Origin: Candidatus Heimdallarchaeota archaeon
GTDB lineage: Archaea; Asgardarchaeota; Heimdallarchaeia; Heimdallarchaeales; Heimdallarchaeaceae
Length of the DNA stretch: 64,000 nucleotides
Assembly (NCBI GenBank): GCA_018238545.1
Contig: JABCTC010000005.1
Location: 42,066-106,065 of the forward strand
Direction: 5' to 3'
A model generated the notes under the pieces. It worked only from the letters and a program-made list of their open reading frames with translations. It made no database searches and had not been told where the DNA came from. Shown here piece by piece: positions 38,740-51,002 of the stretch. Position numbers and translations under genes: made by a program. The stretch's first letter is position 1, and every line of letters begins with the position of its first letter.

Positions 38740-39432
38740 CTATTCTAAAATGATTCTAGCGTCAATTGCTCGTAACCCATTTTCTGTAGCAACAACAGGA
38801 TTCAAATCCATTTCGAAAATAATTGGATAGTTCTCAATTAATTTAGATACAATCAAAATCAATGAAATTAATTCTTCTAAATTTGCCTTAGGTAACCCTC
38901 TAAAGCCATCAAACATTGCTTTTCCCTTAATTTCATTAATCATATCTCGAACATCTTTTGAAGAAACTGGTATTAATCTAAATGAAACATCTTTGTATAC
39001 TTCTACAAAAATCCCTCCAATTCCTAGTGCAATCATTTTTCCAAACTGTGCATCTGTGTTTGTACCTATTAACAATTCCACTCCACTCACCATTTCCTCC
39101 ACACTTACTCCTTCAATTTTAGCATCAGGATAAAAAGAAAGAACGCTTTTCATCATTTCTTGATAAGATTTAGATAGTTCGTCATCAGATTTTATTCCTA
39201 CCTTAACCCCTCCCGAATCAGATTTGTGAACAACATCTTCTGAAATAACTTTAAGCACGATAGGATAACCCACTTCGTTTGCTCGTTGGATACTCTCTTC
39301 TAAATCTTTTGCAACCTTCATTTTGTTCAAAGGAATCCCAGCAAAATCCATCACTTTTCTTGATTCTTCGTAGTTAAGGACAGTTCTTTTCTGATTTCTT
39401 ACATTTTCAAAAATTGATTCAATTCTATTCAT
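38740..39432 (-). CDS. acdB: Second ADP-forming acyl-CoA ligase beta subunit
   Basis: GYPIVLK, HKSDSGGV, GIGGIFVE, EMDLNP, DARI. Confidence 0.88.
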   Translation of the reverse strand: MNRIESIFENVRNQKRTVLNYEESRKVMDFAGIPLNKMKVAKDLEESIQRANEVGYPIVLKVISEDVVHKSDSGGVKVGIKSDDELSKSYQEMMKSVLSFYPDAKIEGVSVEEMVSGVELLIGTNTDAQFGKMIALGIGGIFVEVYKDVSFRLIPVSSKDVRDMINEIKGKAMFDGFRGLPKANLEELISLILIVSKLIENYPIIFEMDLNPVVATENGLRAIDARIILE

Positions 39433-39538
39433 TTGAGATACCACTTTAGTAGATCAATTAATTTATCAGATGAATTTATCAGTTTTACTTAAATTAAAAT
39501 CTTCTGAAAGCAAATAGAAAAAGAAAAGGAAGGGGTAT

Positions 39539-41428
39539 TCAATATAATTCCAATTCTAATTTTTCAAGTGGTTCAAACAGATCTATATTTGTTCTTTTCT
39601 TCACAAGTGCAATTATGTGTTGATACAATTTTTTATAGTCAAACTCTTTCACACTATTTCTTCCAGGGATTACTAGGTTATGTTTTTCACCAATTTCAAT
39701 TGCCTTCTCATAACCAGCAGTAGCATGACGTAGAATAGCACTCAATGGATCCCAAGTAAGAACTCTAAAAAGTCTCTCTTGTGAAAGTTGAGTTCCATCA
39801 GCTAATATAACTTGACCCGAATGAAGAGAATAACCTACACCAACGCCTCCTCCACCATGGTAAGATACCCATGTCGCACCACTCAAAGCATTTCCTAGGA
39901 GATTTATTACAGGATAATCACCAATTGCATCGCTACCATCTATCATTCCTTCAGTTTCTCTATTTGGAGATGCAACACTTCCCCCATCTAGATGATCTCG
40001 ACCAATCACAACTGGGGCCTTCAAAATATCATCTGCAACAAGTTTGTTCATTAACATTCCAAAAGCTGCTCTACCAATGAATCCTGCCCAGAATACCCTA
40101 GCAGGTAAACCTTTCTCAAAAGGTATATATTTATCTGCTAGTTCAAGCCAAGTTACTAGTTGTGGATCATCATAGAAGAGCTTCTTAGCATATTTGTCTG
40201 TTATCCGAATATCTTCAGGGTCATTACTCAAAGCCATCCAACGGAATGGTCCTTTTCCTTCACAGAAAAGAGGTCTAACATATTCCAGAACAAATCCACC
40301 ATAATCAAAAGCATCCTTTACTCCGAGTTCATATGCTTGTTGACGGATATTATTACCGTAATCAAAGGTTTCTGAACCCCTTTTATGAAGTTCTACCATT
40401 AAATTTACATGTTTAACAACTGTTCTTCGTGAGCGCTCCAAGTATTCCTCTGGGCTTTCAACTCTTAAAATATCAGCTTCATCATATGCGATTCCAGCTG
40501 GATAATAGCCATTAAGTAAATCATGAGCAGAGGTTTGGTCTGTTAGAATTAGAGGTGTAATCTCATTATCAATTAGATATTGTAACAGCTCGGTAGCATT
40601 ACAGAGAACACCTATTGAAACTATTTCATCTTTTTCAACAGCTTCTTTCGCAATTGTAATTGCCTCTTCAATTGATTCAGTTTTGTAATCTAAATATGGT
40701 GCTCCTTGTTTTCTCCCCGTATTGTAAATTCGTTCAATAAGATTAGGGTTGACTTCTGCAATGATAGATGTTTTTCCACACATTTTGAAAGAAAGAGGTT
40801 GAGCTCCACTCATCAAACCTAATCCAGCACTAACTGTTAGCTTTTTCTCAAACTCTGAAAGCTGCTGATATCTCGGTTTTTTCTCTGCAGTTTTAATTGC
40901 AGCAGCTATTGTTTCATATGTTCCTTGTATAATTCCTTGTAACCCTATGAAAATAAATGAACCAGCAGTCATCTGTCCATAAACTGTTAACCCCGCACCT
41001 ACAAATTCCTCAAAATTTGGCGTCCAATGAGGAACAATCACACTGTTTGTTATTACACATCTAGGTGCCCAACGAGTAGTTTGCATTTTACCATATGGAG
41101 TTCCTGATTGTAAGAACAAAGTTTCATTAGGTTCTAGGCTTTTCAACAAGTCAATAGTTTCAAAAAAAGATTCCCAATCTTTAGCTACTTTACCTGATCC
41201 TCCGTAGATGTATAATGACCCCCAATCTCTTCCATTATGGAGATTTGAAATCATTGCACGAATTATTGCTTCAGTCTCCCAACCAGCTTTAGTGCTTGGG
41301 GTTAAAGCGTCACTTCCTTTTGGAAGAGGAGGAATTTCATCAGGTTTATCTTTCAGTTTTAATCTGTCTTCTTCAGATAATCGGTGTTTTCCAGCCATTA
41401 TCTCTTCCATTTTATTCCTGAACTTCAT
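39539..41428 (-). CDS. hutU: Urocanate hydratase
   Basis: YGGSGK, YGQMTAGS, QGIIQGTYET, TDQTSAHD, DYGNNIR, GPFRW, GRDHLD, SPNRETE. Confidence 0.95.
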   Translation of the reverse strand: MKFRNKMEEIMAGKHRLSEEDRLKLKDKPDEIPPLPKGSDALTPSTKAGWETEAIIRAMISNLHNGRDWGSLYIYGGSGKVAKDWESFFETIDLLKSLEPNETLFLQSGTPYGKMQTTRWAPRCVITNSVIVPHWTPNFEEFVGAGLTVYGQMTAGSFIFIGLQGIIQGTYETIAAAIKTAEKKPRYQQLSEFEKKLTVSAGLGLMSGAQPLSFKMCGKTSIIAEVNPNLIERIYNTGRKQGAPYLDYKTESIEEAITIAKEAVEKDEIVSIGVLCNATELLQYLIDNEITPLILTDQTSAHDLLNGYYPAGIAYDEADILRVESPEEYLERSRRTVVKHVNLMVELHKRGSETFDYGNNIRQQAYELGVKDAFDYGGFVLEYVRPLFCEGKGPFRWMALSNDPEDIRITDKYAKKLFYDDPQLVTWLELADKYIPFEKGLPARVFWAGFIGRAAFGMLMNKLVADDILKAPVVIGRDHLDGGSVASPNRETEGMIDGSDAIGDYPVINLLGNALSGATWVSYHGGGGVGVGYSLHSGQVILADGTQLSQERLFRVLTWDPLSAILRHATAGYEKAIEIGEKHNLVIPGRNSVKEFDYKKLYQHIIALVKKRTNIDLFEPLEKLELELY

Positions 41429-41526
41429 AAAATAACCTAGTTATATTACTTATCATGGACAAAAATACCTAAATCAAAAGTTTTACTCTATGACAGATTG
41501 AAATAAAAAGAAAAAAGAAGATGAGC

Positions 41527-42915
41527 CTAGTATTTTTCAATCAAGGCAATCATTTCTTTATTAAAAGCAATTATACTTTCTACTTGTTCATTGATTTCCC
41601 AATCAACTACATTTTTTCTCAAAATTCGAACGGTGTTCTTTGTTACAGGGATGGTCGAGCTGTTAAAGTAAGAATAATCTTCATCTAAGGATAAAAAGAC
41701 ATCAACGGAATAGTGATCAGAGCCAAGGTTTGCAGAAGGAGTGTCTCCAACAGTAGCATTAATCATCCGATCAGCCCAAAAATCATTAACTAAAATGAAA
41801 TCTATTCTACCCCAGTATTGTGGTTCCCAATAACCAAAAGAATGTCCAGGGTCGTCGGGATATAATTCTCTAAAAACATCAGTAAAGTTGTGTACTTTAG
41901 GAGAAAGATGACCATAACTTGGATCTTCTGGGCGAAGCCACATCCTTAATGGTCCATCACCAAGCCAGCCTAGAGGCGCTAAATCGCCAACATCATCAGG
42001 AGAGTGAGAGTTAAAATCACCTAAAACCATAACTGGAACATCGCCTAAATCGTCTACATAGTTAATCATTAGTTCTGCTTCAGTCTCTCTCATCTCTGTA
42101 GTATTAGTAGAAGGTGTTGGAGAGCAACATTTTCCATGATAACCAATGACATGAGTTACCACACCATTGATATCTATAACAGCGTCAAAGAAATCACGAT
42201 AAAGTGTTACATTGGGACCAGCATCTGTTCTCCACGTATCTATCTGTAAGAAATCTAAGATTGGATACCGACTTATGATTGCTTCACCATTAGTTACAGA
42301 ATGACTTGTAGGGCCAAGTTGATCTGCTCTGCCTTCAAAAGGTGCTTGTTTATAGTAGTAACCACCAACTCTGTTACAAATTTGTATTAGTTGACTGTTA
42401 TTAGCATTATCTAGACCCCCAGTTTCCACTAGAACAGCTATATCAGGATTTTCTTCAATAATAACATCCAGATATTCGCTCATTTTACCACTTTCCCAGA
42501 TATTATAGTTCAAAACCTTGAAAACGTCTGTTGGAGTAGGATCAATAGTATTATCAACTGTAACAATAATTTCTCTTTCTGCTACATTTCTTTTTTTATC
42601 GTAAGCCTTAAAGTTGATTATATGAACTGATCCATCTTCATATTGAGTAGTATCCCAATCATAGGTGTTTTCTTTTGAGACGAGAACATCATTAATGTAG
42701 ATTTTATATGAACCCATACCCGAGGGATTTTCACCAGTATCTGTTGCTTCAATAGAAATTTCAATTACTCCTGAAACTATTTCATACTGAATGGGTGTTA
42801 GATTAGTTATAGTGGGGGGGTCAGTTTCTCCAGTGAATATGATTACAAGGGGTATAGTGGCTGCTAGAACAATCAAAACAGCTCCACTAATCATAATAAT
42901 TAATTTCCGATTCAT
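41527..42915 (-). CDS. Membrane-anchored endonuclease/exonuclease/phosphatase with Ig-like domain
   Basis: N-terminal TM, Ig-like (WDTT..DG..H), YNI, GDFNS, RIDFI, SDH. Confidence 0.88.
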   Translation of the reverse strand: MNRKLIIMISGAVLIVLAATIPLVIIFTGETDPPTITNLTPIQYEIVSGVIEISIEATDTGENPSGMGSYKIYINDVLVSKENTYDWDTTQYEDGSVHIINFKAYDKKRNVAEREIIVTVDNTIDPTPTDVFKVLNYNIWESGKMSEYLDVIIEENPDIAVLVETGGLDNANNSQLIQICNRVGGYYYKQAPFEGRADQLGPTSHSVTNGEAIISRYPILDFLQIDTWRTDAGPNVTLYRDFFDAVIDINGVVTHVIGYHGKCCSPTPSTNTTEMRETEAELMINYVDDLGDVPVMVLGDFNSHSPDDVGDLAPLGWLGDGPLRMWLRPEDPSYGHLSPKVHNFTDVFRELYPDDPGHSFGYWEPQYWGRIDFILVNDFWADRMINATVGDTPSANLGSDHYSVDVFLSLDEDYSYFNSSTIPVTKNTVRILRKNVVDWEINEQVESIIAFNKEMIALIEKY

Positions 42916-42938
42916 AAAGTATCACTTTTAGGAATGAG

Positions 42939-42976
42939 ATTTAGAATTAAGTAGATTATGAGTATTAATTCTAAAT
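42939..42976. promoter_or_regulatory. 12-bp perfect inverted repeat in divergent promoter region
   Basis: ATTTAGAATTAA-N14-TTAATTCTAAAT. Confidence 0.5.
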
Positions 42977-43106
42977 GATTCATTTTAACAGTGAGAATAG
43001 GAGGTATTTATGAGTTTTGTATAAACGTTATAGAACAATGTAGAATAAAATAGAATTTTATCTGGTTTCTAGGAAGATTTTAATTTTAAATGATACTCTG
43101 TATTTT

Positions 43107-43817
43107 ATGATAAAAATATTAATAACAGGCGCAAGCAGAGGGTTGGGGTTAGAGTTTACAAAACAATATTTGGAGAGAGGAGACAATGTTATTGCTACTT
43201 GCCGCCAACCAGAGAAAGCAAAAGAATTGGAAGGGTTACAAAAAGATTTTGGAAAAAGGCTGGAAATTGAACAACTAGACGTAACGAGTGAGAAATCAAA
43301 GGATGTACTATATCAAAAATTATTAGATGATTCAATTGAAATTAATATCTTAATTAATAATGCAGGGATAATATCAGGAGATGAAAAAGAGGGTCTTTCT
43401 TTTGGAAATCTCTATAAAGAAGATTTTAGCAAAGTATTTCAGGTAAATACTGTTTCTCCCATACTGATTTCAGAAAAATTCCTACCATTATTGAAAGAAG
43501 CAATTGAACCTAAAATCGTTAATATTTCATCCATGAGTGGAAGTATAAACAACAAAACTAGAAGTGGAGGATATGCGTACAGTTCAAGTAAAGCAGCTTT
43601 AAACATGATGACAAAAACTCTATCAAATGAACTGAAAGAGATGGAAATTACAGTTGTTGCAATTCACCCTGGTTGGATAAAAACAGATATGGGAGGAGAA
43701 AATGCACCATTAGAACTAGAAAGTTCTATAACTAGTATAATCAGTGTAATAGATTCATTGTCAATAAAAGATACTGGAAAATTCTTGGATTGGCAAAGAA
43801 ATGAGGTTCAATGGTAA
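43107..43817 (+). CDS. Short-chain dehydrogenase/reductase (CsgA-like)
   Basis: TGASRGLG, NNAG, YSSSK, HPGWIKTDMGG. Confidence 0.93.
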   Translation: MIKILITGASRGLGLEFTKQYLERGDNVIATCRQPEKAKELEGLQKDFGKRLEIEQLDVTSEKSKDVLYQKLLDDSIEINILINNAGIISGDEKEGLSFGNLYKEDFSKVFQVNTVSPILISEKFLPLLKEAIEPKIVNISSMSGSINNKTRSGGYAYSSSKAALNMMTKTLSNELKEMEITVVAIHPGWIKTDMGGENAPLELESSITSIISVIDSLSIKDTGKFLDWQRNEVQW

Positions 43818-43931
43818 AAGAAGTAACACATTGATCTTCGAAAAATAACAAAATATACGCAATGCTAAACATTACTTACAACACATGAAAGAGACAATAA
43901 CTTTAATAAATTGACATTCTTTTTTTCGCCC

Positions 43932-45311
43932 ATGAAAGTAATAATCATAGGTCATGGTTCAGGTGGTATGACAGCTTCAGGTACTCTCAGAATTTGGGAC
44001 AGAACTGCAGAAATCACCAATATAGACACAAAGGATTTTGATTTATATCATCCATGTGCAACTCCATACGTAATTGGAGGTAAATTCCAAGAGCTAGGTA
44101 ATGGGAATGCAATAAAAGAAAATATTCCATACGAAAAAATGAAAATCAAACATTTACATAGACATCTAGTAGAAAAGATAGACCGCACAGCAAAAAAAGT
44201 GCTAGTCAGAAATCTAAATACTGATGAAAGATTTGAATTAGAATACGATAAGATTATCCTTGCTACAGGTTCATATAATACCAGTCCGCCTATTCCAGGA
44301 GTAAAAGAAGGCAAAAATGTCTTTTCACTCAAATGGTTGGAGGAAGCAGAAGAAATACGTTTAGCTGCTGAGAAAGCAAAGAAAGTTGTGGTCATAGGTG
44401 CATCAGCTATTGCTCTCGAGGTTGGATGTGAGCTAGCTGAAAGAGGACTGGATGTCACAATATTTGTAAGATCCAGAGTCCTAAGACAATCTTTCGATCC
44501 AGATTATAGTAAACTCATTGTTGATCTTTTATCTGCTAAGCTCCCAGAGCATCTAACAATAAAAGTTGGTGAAAATGTTAAAGAGGTTGTTCTAGATGAA
44601 AATGGAATGGCATATAAAGTAATCACAACAAATGATGAGGAAATGGAAACAGATTTTGTATTTGTTGCAGCTGGAGTAAAAGCAGAAACAACACTAGCTA
44701 AAGATGCAGGATTGGAGATTGGTGTAACTGGTGGTTTGAAAGTTGATAAATATCTACAAACTTCTGATCCAGATATCATAGGTGTAGGAGATTGTACTGA
44801 GACAGTTGATCTAGTCAGAGGTGACCCACTTTCATCAATGTTGGCTACATGTGCTGTTCATATGGGGAGAATAGCAGCATACACAATAGGAAAACCTGGT
44901 GAATTAGAGTTCCCTGGAACATTAAACAATTTCATTGTACCTTTCTCCGATTATCATGTGGGTTCGGTTGGATACAATATTGTCACAGCTGAAGAAAAAT
45001 ATGGTGAAGGGAATGTATTAGCGGTTAAAATTAAGACAACAGACCTGCCCCATTATATGCCAGAAGCAAGGGAGATTTATTTCAAGGTCTTAGTAGTTAA
45101 AGAAACCGGAAAAATAATTGGTGCCCAAGGTATTGGATACAAACTTGTTACAGATAATTTGAATATAATATCGATAGCTATTCAAGCAGATATGACATAT
45201 AAACAACTCTTAGAAGCTGATCTTTGTTATGCGCCAGCTATTAACGAAACAATCTATCCAGTTACACAAGCACTAGAGATGGTCGCAAGAAGATTACTAA
45301 GAAAGAGATAA
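43932..45311 (+). CDS. FAD-dependent NADH oxidase / CoA-disulfide reductase family
   Basis: GHGSGG, redox Cys YHPCATPY, LATGS, GDC, YAP C-terminal motif. Confidence 0.88.
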   Translation: MKVIIIGHGSGGMTASGTLRIWDRTAEITNIDTKDFDLYHPCATPYVIGGKFQELGNGNAIKENIPYEKMKIKHLHRHLVEKIDRTAKKVLVRNLNTDERFELEYDKIILATGSYNTSPPIPGVKEGKNVFSLKWLEEAEEIRLAAEKAKKVVVIGASAIALEVGCELAERGLDVTIFVRSRVLRQSFDPDYSKLIVDLLSAKLPEHLTIKVGENVKEVVLDENGMAYKVITTNDEEMETDFVFVAAGVKAETTLAKDAGLEIGVTGGLKVDKYLQTSDPDIIGVGDCTETVDLVRGDPLSSMLATCAVHMGRIAAYTIGKPGELEFPGTLNNFIVPFSDYHVGSVGYNIVTAEEKYGEGNVLAVKIKTTDLPHYMPEAREIYFKVLVVKETGKIIGAQGIGYKLVTDNLNIISIAIQADMTYKQLLEADLCYAPAINETIYPVTQALEMVARRLLRKR

Positions 45312-45312
45312 A

Positions 45313-45352
45313 ATAAGAGCGAAAGCTCTTATACATCATTTTTTTATTTTTT
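45313..45352 (+). terminator. Hairpin plus T-tract terminator
   Basis: ATAAGAGC-GAAA-GCTCTTAT right after the stop, followed by T-rich tracts. Confidence 0.7.
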
Positions 45353-45465
45353 GAAATTCTAAAATTATTTATTTTACATTCTTATTGATCCTTTTTTCAC
45401 GCTTTGAGTGCGTAGTATTTCTAATGAATAGTAATTGTTTTTAATTCATAGTACATTTTCTCAAT

Positions 45466-46827
45466 ATGCCTAAGAAAATCGTGCTTAAACAAGCCCTTCA
45501 TTTAATTGATAACTGGCTTGATTATCAAACTTACATAAAAGAAATCCCTGGAGTTGCGGTTGGTATTTTTGTTGAAGATGAGATTATTTTCAAAAAAGAA
45601 TATGGTTATGCAAACCTAAAGGATAAAACAAAATTAACAGATCAGCATTTATTCAGAATTGCTTCTCATTCTAAACTATTTACAGCAACTGCCATCATGA
45701 AACTTTATCATGAAGAAAAATTATCAATCGATGATAAGGTTTCAAAACACCTTCCTTGGTTTACCTCTGGAAAGGATAAGAACATGGAACAAGTTCGTAT
45801 CCGTCATTTGCTTACACACTCGAGCGGAATGTCGCGAGATGGTAACACAGCACATTGGTATAATCACAAATTCCCAGGAATCGAAGAGATTAAAGAACAA
45901 ATCAAAGAAGGAATTAGTTTCTTCGAGACAAGTGAGATTTTGAAATACTCTAACTTTGGTTATACTCTCTTAGGGCAAATAATAGAAACTGTATCAGGAT
46001 TAAGCTACTCTGAATATATTCAGAAAGAAATTCTTGATCCCTTAGAAATGAAAAATACTGTTTTAGATGTTAATGAAACAAATCTTGCTAAACACGCGAC
46101 TGGTCACAAAAGAAGACTCCCAAAAGAAGAGAGGGAGATTATTGAGCACGTCCCTGCAAAAATAATGCATGCTGCAACAGGATTAAGCAGTACAGTTGAA
46201 GACCTTATTAAATTCTATAGAGCTCACATATTAGGGAATGATATCTTGTTTCCTGATTATATTAAACGAGAAATGCAGAGAATACAATTCAAGGCTAAAA
46301 CAGCAGATTGGGGTTTAGGATTTAGCATTACTGCTTTACCAAAAGTAAAGATTGTTGGACATGGTGGAGGTTATCCTGGATTTATAACTAGAACTGGGTT
46401 GATTCAAGAGCAAAAAATAATCATAGTTGTACTTACAAATGCTATTGATGGTCCAGCGTTAACTTTATTCAACGGAATAAAGAACATTTTAGGTCAACTA
46501 GAGAAAAAGAAGAAAGAACTAGAAGCAAAGCCCAATGAAGTGGTTCCAGATTTCAAAAACATAATAGGTTTCTTTGCAGGAGAGTGGGGAGTAACACTAT
46601 TCAGTCAAATTGGGCATAAATTCGTTGCTATAAGCCCTGCTGCAGATGATCCAGTCGAAATCTTTGAAATATACAAACATGAAGAAGGAAAAAAATTCAC
46701 ACTCTCCAAAGAATATCCATTTGGTTCTCCAGGACAGAAAATAGATTTTGTTGATGGACCCGATGGCGAGAAAATATTCATTGACAGCCATGGTGGAAAA
46801 AGCAAAAGATTCAATTATAAATACTAA
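45466..46827 (+). CDS. Serine hydrolase, beta-lactamase/AmpC family (likely D-peptidase)
   Basis: SHSK (SxxK), LLTHSSG, YSN, GHGG. Confidence 0.9.
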   Translation: MPKKIVLKQALHLIDNWLDYQTYIKEIPGVAVGIFVEDEIIFKKEYGYANLKDKTKLTDQHLFRIASHSKLFTATAIMKLYHEEKLSIDDKVSKHLPWFTSGKDKNMEQVRIRHLLTHSSGMSRDGNTAHWYNHKFPGIEEIKEQIKEGISFFETSEILKYSNFGYTLLGQIIETVSGLSYSEYIQKEILDPLEMKNTVLDVNETNLAKHATGHKRRLPKEEREIIEHVPAKIMHAATGLSSTVEDLIKFYRAHILGNDILFPDYIKREMQRIQFKAKTADWGLGFSITALPKVKIVGHGGGYPGFITRTGLIQEQKIIIVVLTNAIDGPALTLFNGIKNILGQLEKKKKELEAKPNEVVPDFKNIIGFFAGEWGVTLFSQIGHKFVAISPAADDPVEIFEIYKHEEGKKFTLSKEYPFGSPGQKIDFVDGPDGEKIFIDSHGGKSKRFNYKY

Positions 46828-46842
46828 TACAGTGAAATAAGA

Positions 46843-47799
46843 ATGAATAATCATAAACCAACAGATCCAATTAAATCTCCAAGATTCTCAGGAATTAAAA
46901 CATTCATGCGTTTACCGCACTTAAAAACAACTGAAGGAGTCGATTTTGTAATTATTGGTGTACCATCAGATGCAGGAGCATCATTTAGAACAGGACAAAG
47001 AGAAGGTCCAGCTGCTATAAGAAAAGTATCTGCTCTATTGAGAGGCCACAATCCTATCTTAAACATAAGTCCATTTGATTATGTTTCAGGTATTGATTAC
47101 GGGGACTTACCTGTTGTTCCAGGTTACATAGAAGACACTTACAAGAGAATAGAGGAAGAGCTTTCATCAATAGTCGAAACTGATGTTATTCCAATTTTAC
47201 TTGGAGGAGACCATGCAATAACATTACCAGAGCTAAGAGCAATAAAGAAAAAACATGGCTCCGTGGCATTGGTTCATTTTGATGCACATAGTGACACAAT
47301 TGACGAATATTTTGGTAAACCATATAATCATGGAACGCCATTTAAAAGAGCTGTCGAAGAAAATCTGTTACTTGTTAACAATTCAATACAAGTTGGATTA
47401 AGAGGTTCCATCTATTCCGAAGACCATTTAAAAATTCCAAAAGATTTAGGCTTTGAAGTAATAACAGCTGACGAAATAAGAAAAATAGGTTTAGTAGAGT
47501 TAGTAAAAAGAATAAAAAATAGAGTAGGAGATGCAAAAGTTTTCTTTACATTTGATATAGATTTTGTTGACCCAGCATATGCACCAGGAACAGGAACTCC
47601 AGAAGTAGGAGGATTTACTAGTGGAGAAACATTGAATTTAATAAGGGAATTAAAAGACCTAAATTATGTTGGATTTGATGTTGTTGAGGTTTTACCATCC
47701 TTTGACCCAGCAGAAATAACTGCCCTTTTGGCATCAAATATTGTTTATGAGTTTATATCAATAATTGCTCATAAAAAATCAAAAGAGATTAACAAATAA
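46843..47799 (+). CDS. speB: Agmatinase (ureohydrolase)
   Basis: GGDH, DAHSD, HGTPF, FDIDFVDP, PGTGTPE. Confidence 0.88.
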   Translation: MNNHKPTDPIKSPRFSGIKTFMRLPHLKTTEGVDFVIIGVPSDAGASFRTGQREGPAAIRKVSALLRGHNPILNISPFDYVSGIDYGDLPVVPGYIEDTYKRIEEELSSIVETDVIPILLGGDHAITLPELRAIKKKHGSVALVHFDAHSDTIDEYFGKPYNHGTPFKRAVEENLLLVNNSIQVGLRGSIYSEDHLKIPKDLGFEVITADEIRKIGLVELVKRIKNRVGDAKVFFTFDIDFVDPAYAPGTGTPEVGGFTSGETLNLIRELKDLNYVGFDVVEVLPSFDPAEITALLASNIVYEFISIIAHKKSKEINK

Positions 47800-47821
47800 G
47801 GAAGTTTGTTTTAATAAAAAA

Positions 47822-49510
47822 CTATTTTTTCTTTCTTTTGCCTTTTCCTTTGTTGGTTTTTCTTCTCTTCTTTTTATTTGCCTTTATCACTATATATGTC
47901 AATATAACAATAGCTCCCCCTCCAATGAAGATGACATAGTAGATTAGGTTGTCACTTCCATTCTCAAATGTAACCAAAATTGAAGTTTGGTTTGTTAACC
48001 CTTCGTGATCAATTGCTACAGCGGTAATATTATGAGTACCATCTGCATATTGACTCGTATTGCACATGAAGTGAAGTTCAGGATAAGGATAATAATCAGG
48101 CATAGAAATAGTATCAACTAATAGATCGTCTATGTAAAGCGCAACACTTTCTAGTTCTTGATTGTCATTACCTCTCGCGATTATTTCTATAGTATCTGAA
48201 ACATTATCATCGGCATGTGGTTTGATTATATCAATTGATGGAGCTACTGTATCTGGGGGGGCTTCTCCATCCGCACTGAACGAAAGAGAGGTTGAAACAA
48301 TATCTGCAACCATCCCTGCTGCGTCATATGCTAAAATATTAACCATAAATGAATCGCCTAGAGCAAGACCATCAAAAGCTGCATCACCAGAATAAATACC
48401 ATTCCCTAAAGGATCTTCTAATTCAATCATTTGTATTTCATCATCATCAATCGGGTACACATATCCGTCTTGAAGATAAGTTGGTTCCCAGCCTGAAGGT
48501 ACGAATCTAGCATAAACTTTGCTTATTCCCATAGAACTTTCAACTTCTACACCAATATATACAACACTAGTAAAAGGATCCCAAATTTCGTAAATAGGTA
48601 AGGGGACCATTTCTATTTGGATTATAGGAAAACATATTCTTGGTTCAGCCCATATCCTCACATCTAATGCATCATAACCTTCTCCACCGGAAGGTAAGTA
48701 ATCATTTGGATAAACAGTAGTCCCTATTCCATCATGATTGTCATCAAGTTTTGGTGATTGGTTACATCCAAGATTTCTTATGTGAGTACCAGCGGCTTCA
48801 AATGCTTTTCCTATTGTTTCACAATATGCAATAGATGACCAAAAGGCTTCTGAAAAAGCCCCATTCGTTCTATCAGCATTGAAAGCCGCACCAAGGTAAG
48901 TAGCGGTAGATGTTACAATAATTCTATTATCCTTACTCAAGGTGTCAATAAAAGATCCAGAATGACAACCCTCAATTACAACAATAATTCTTTTACATCC
49001 AGTAGTTGATTCAAAATTGTTCAGATATGAATTCAAATTATAATCCCATAAAGCATCACCTACCATCACAGCAAGAGCATCTATATCACCATGAGAAAGG
49101 AGTGCTATTCCTAAACTTTGGGTTGAATTAACATGCTGTGGTGCCCATGTTTCAATTGCATATTGAAGATTAATTTTAGTTGCAGAAGTATTTACATAAG
49201 GTTGGCTTGGTCCAACTTCAGGACCCAAATAGTATAGTTGTTCTGAAGTGAACCCAGCACCCCTTAGAGTTTCGTAAATTATATTAACCCCACTTTGAAT
49301 AGATGCCATATCTCTATGATCCCACGTATCTCCTGCAAGAAGAATCCAAGCACTTTGAACTTCACTGCTTGTTGGCGCTTGATTCATGATAAATGGAGAA
49401 CAATCTGCCCGAGCACTTGCATTGGAAGTAGTTTGTTGTAGATGTAACATGGAGAGAGAAAAACTCATCAATAGTATTAAGGTCAAGGTTCGCTTGGTGA
49501 AAATTCTCAT
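47822..49510 (-). CDS. Surface-anchored C13 (legumain/GPI8-like, clan CD) peptidase with Ig-like domain
   Basis: Signal peptide; LSHG and EGCHSGSF His/Cys dyad; Ig-like domain; TM and long basic tail. Confidence 0.8.
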   Translation of the reverse strand: MRIFTKRTLTLILLMSFSLSMLHLQQTTSNASARADCSPFIMNQAPTSSEVQSAWILLAGDTWDHRDMASIQSGVNIIYETLRGAGFTSEQLYYLGPEVGPSQPYVNTSATKINLQYAIETWAPQHVNSTQSLGIALLSHGDIDALAVMVGDALWDYNLNSYLNNFESTTGCKRIIVVIEGCHSGSFIDTLSKDNRIIVTSTATYLGAAFNADRTNGAFSEAFWSSIAYCETIGKAFEAAGTHIRNLGCNQSPKLDDNHDGIGTTVYPNDYLPSGGEGYDALDVRIWAEPRICFPIIQIEMVPLPIYEIWDPFTSVVYIGVEVESSMGISKVYARFVPSGWEPTYLQDGYVYPIDDDEIQMIELEDPLGNGIYSGDAAFDGLALGDSFMVNILAYDAAGMVADIVSTSLSFSADGEAPPDTVAPSIDIIKPHADDNVSDTIEIIARGNDNQELESVALYIDDLLVDTISMPDYYPYPELHFMCNTSQYADGTHNITAVAIDHEGLTNQTSILVTFENGSDNLIYYVIFIGGGAIVILTYIVIKANKKKRRKTNKGKGKRKKK

Positions 49511-49607
49511 TTTAATCTATTATACATCTTCATCTTCCAATATTATAAGTATTGCTGGCTACTATAATCAAATTACAAGTGGAGAAGCAATAGAACTTGT
49601 TAGGAAC

Positions 49608-51002
<1,395 letters not shown>

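Noticed and set aside
45466-46827. Antibiotic-resistance beta-lactamase
   Set aside because: Generic serine hydrolase family in an archaeon; nothing indicates beta-lactam specificity.
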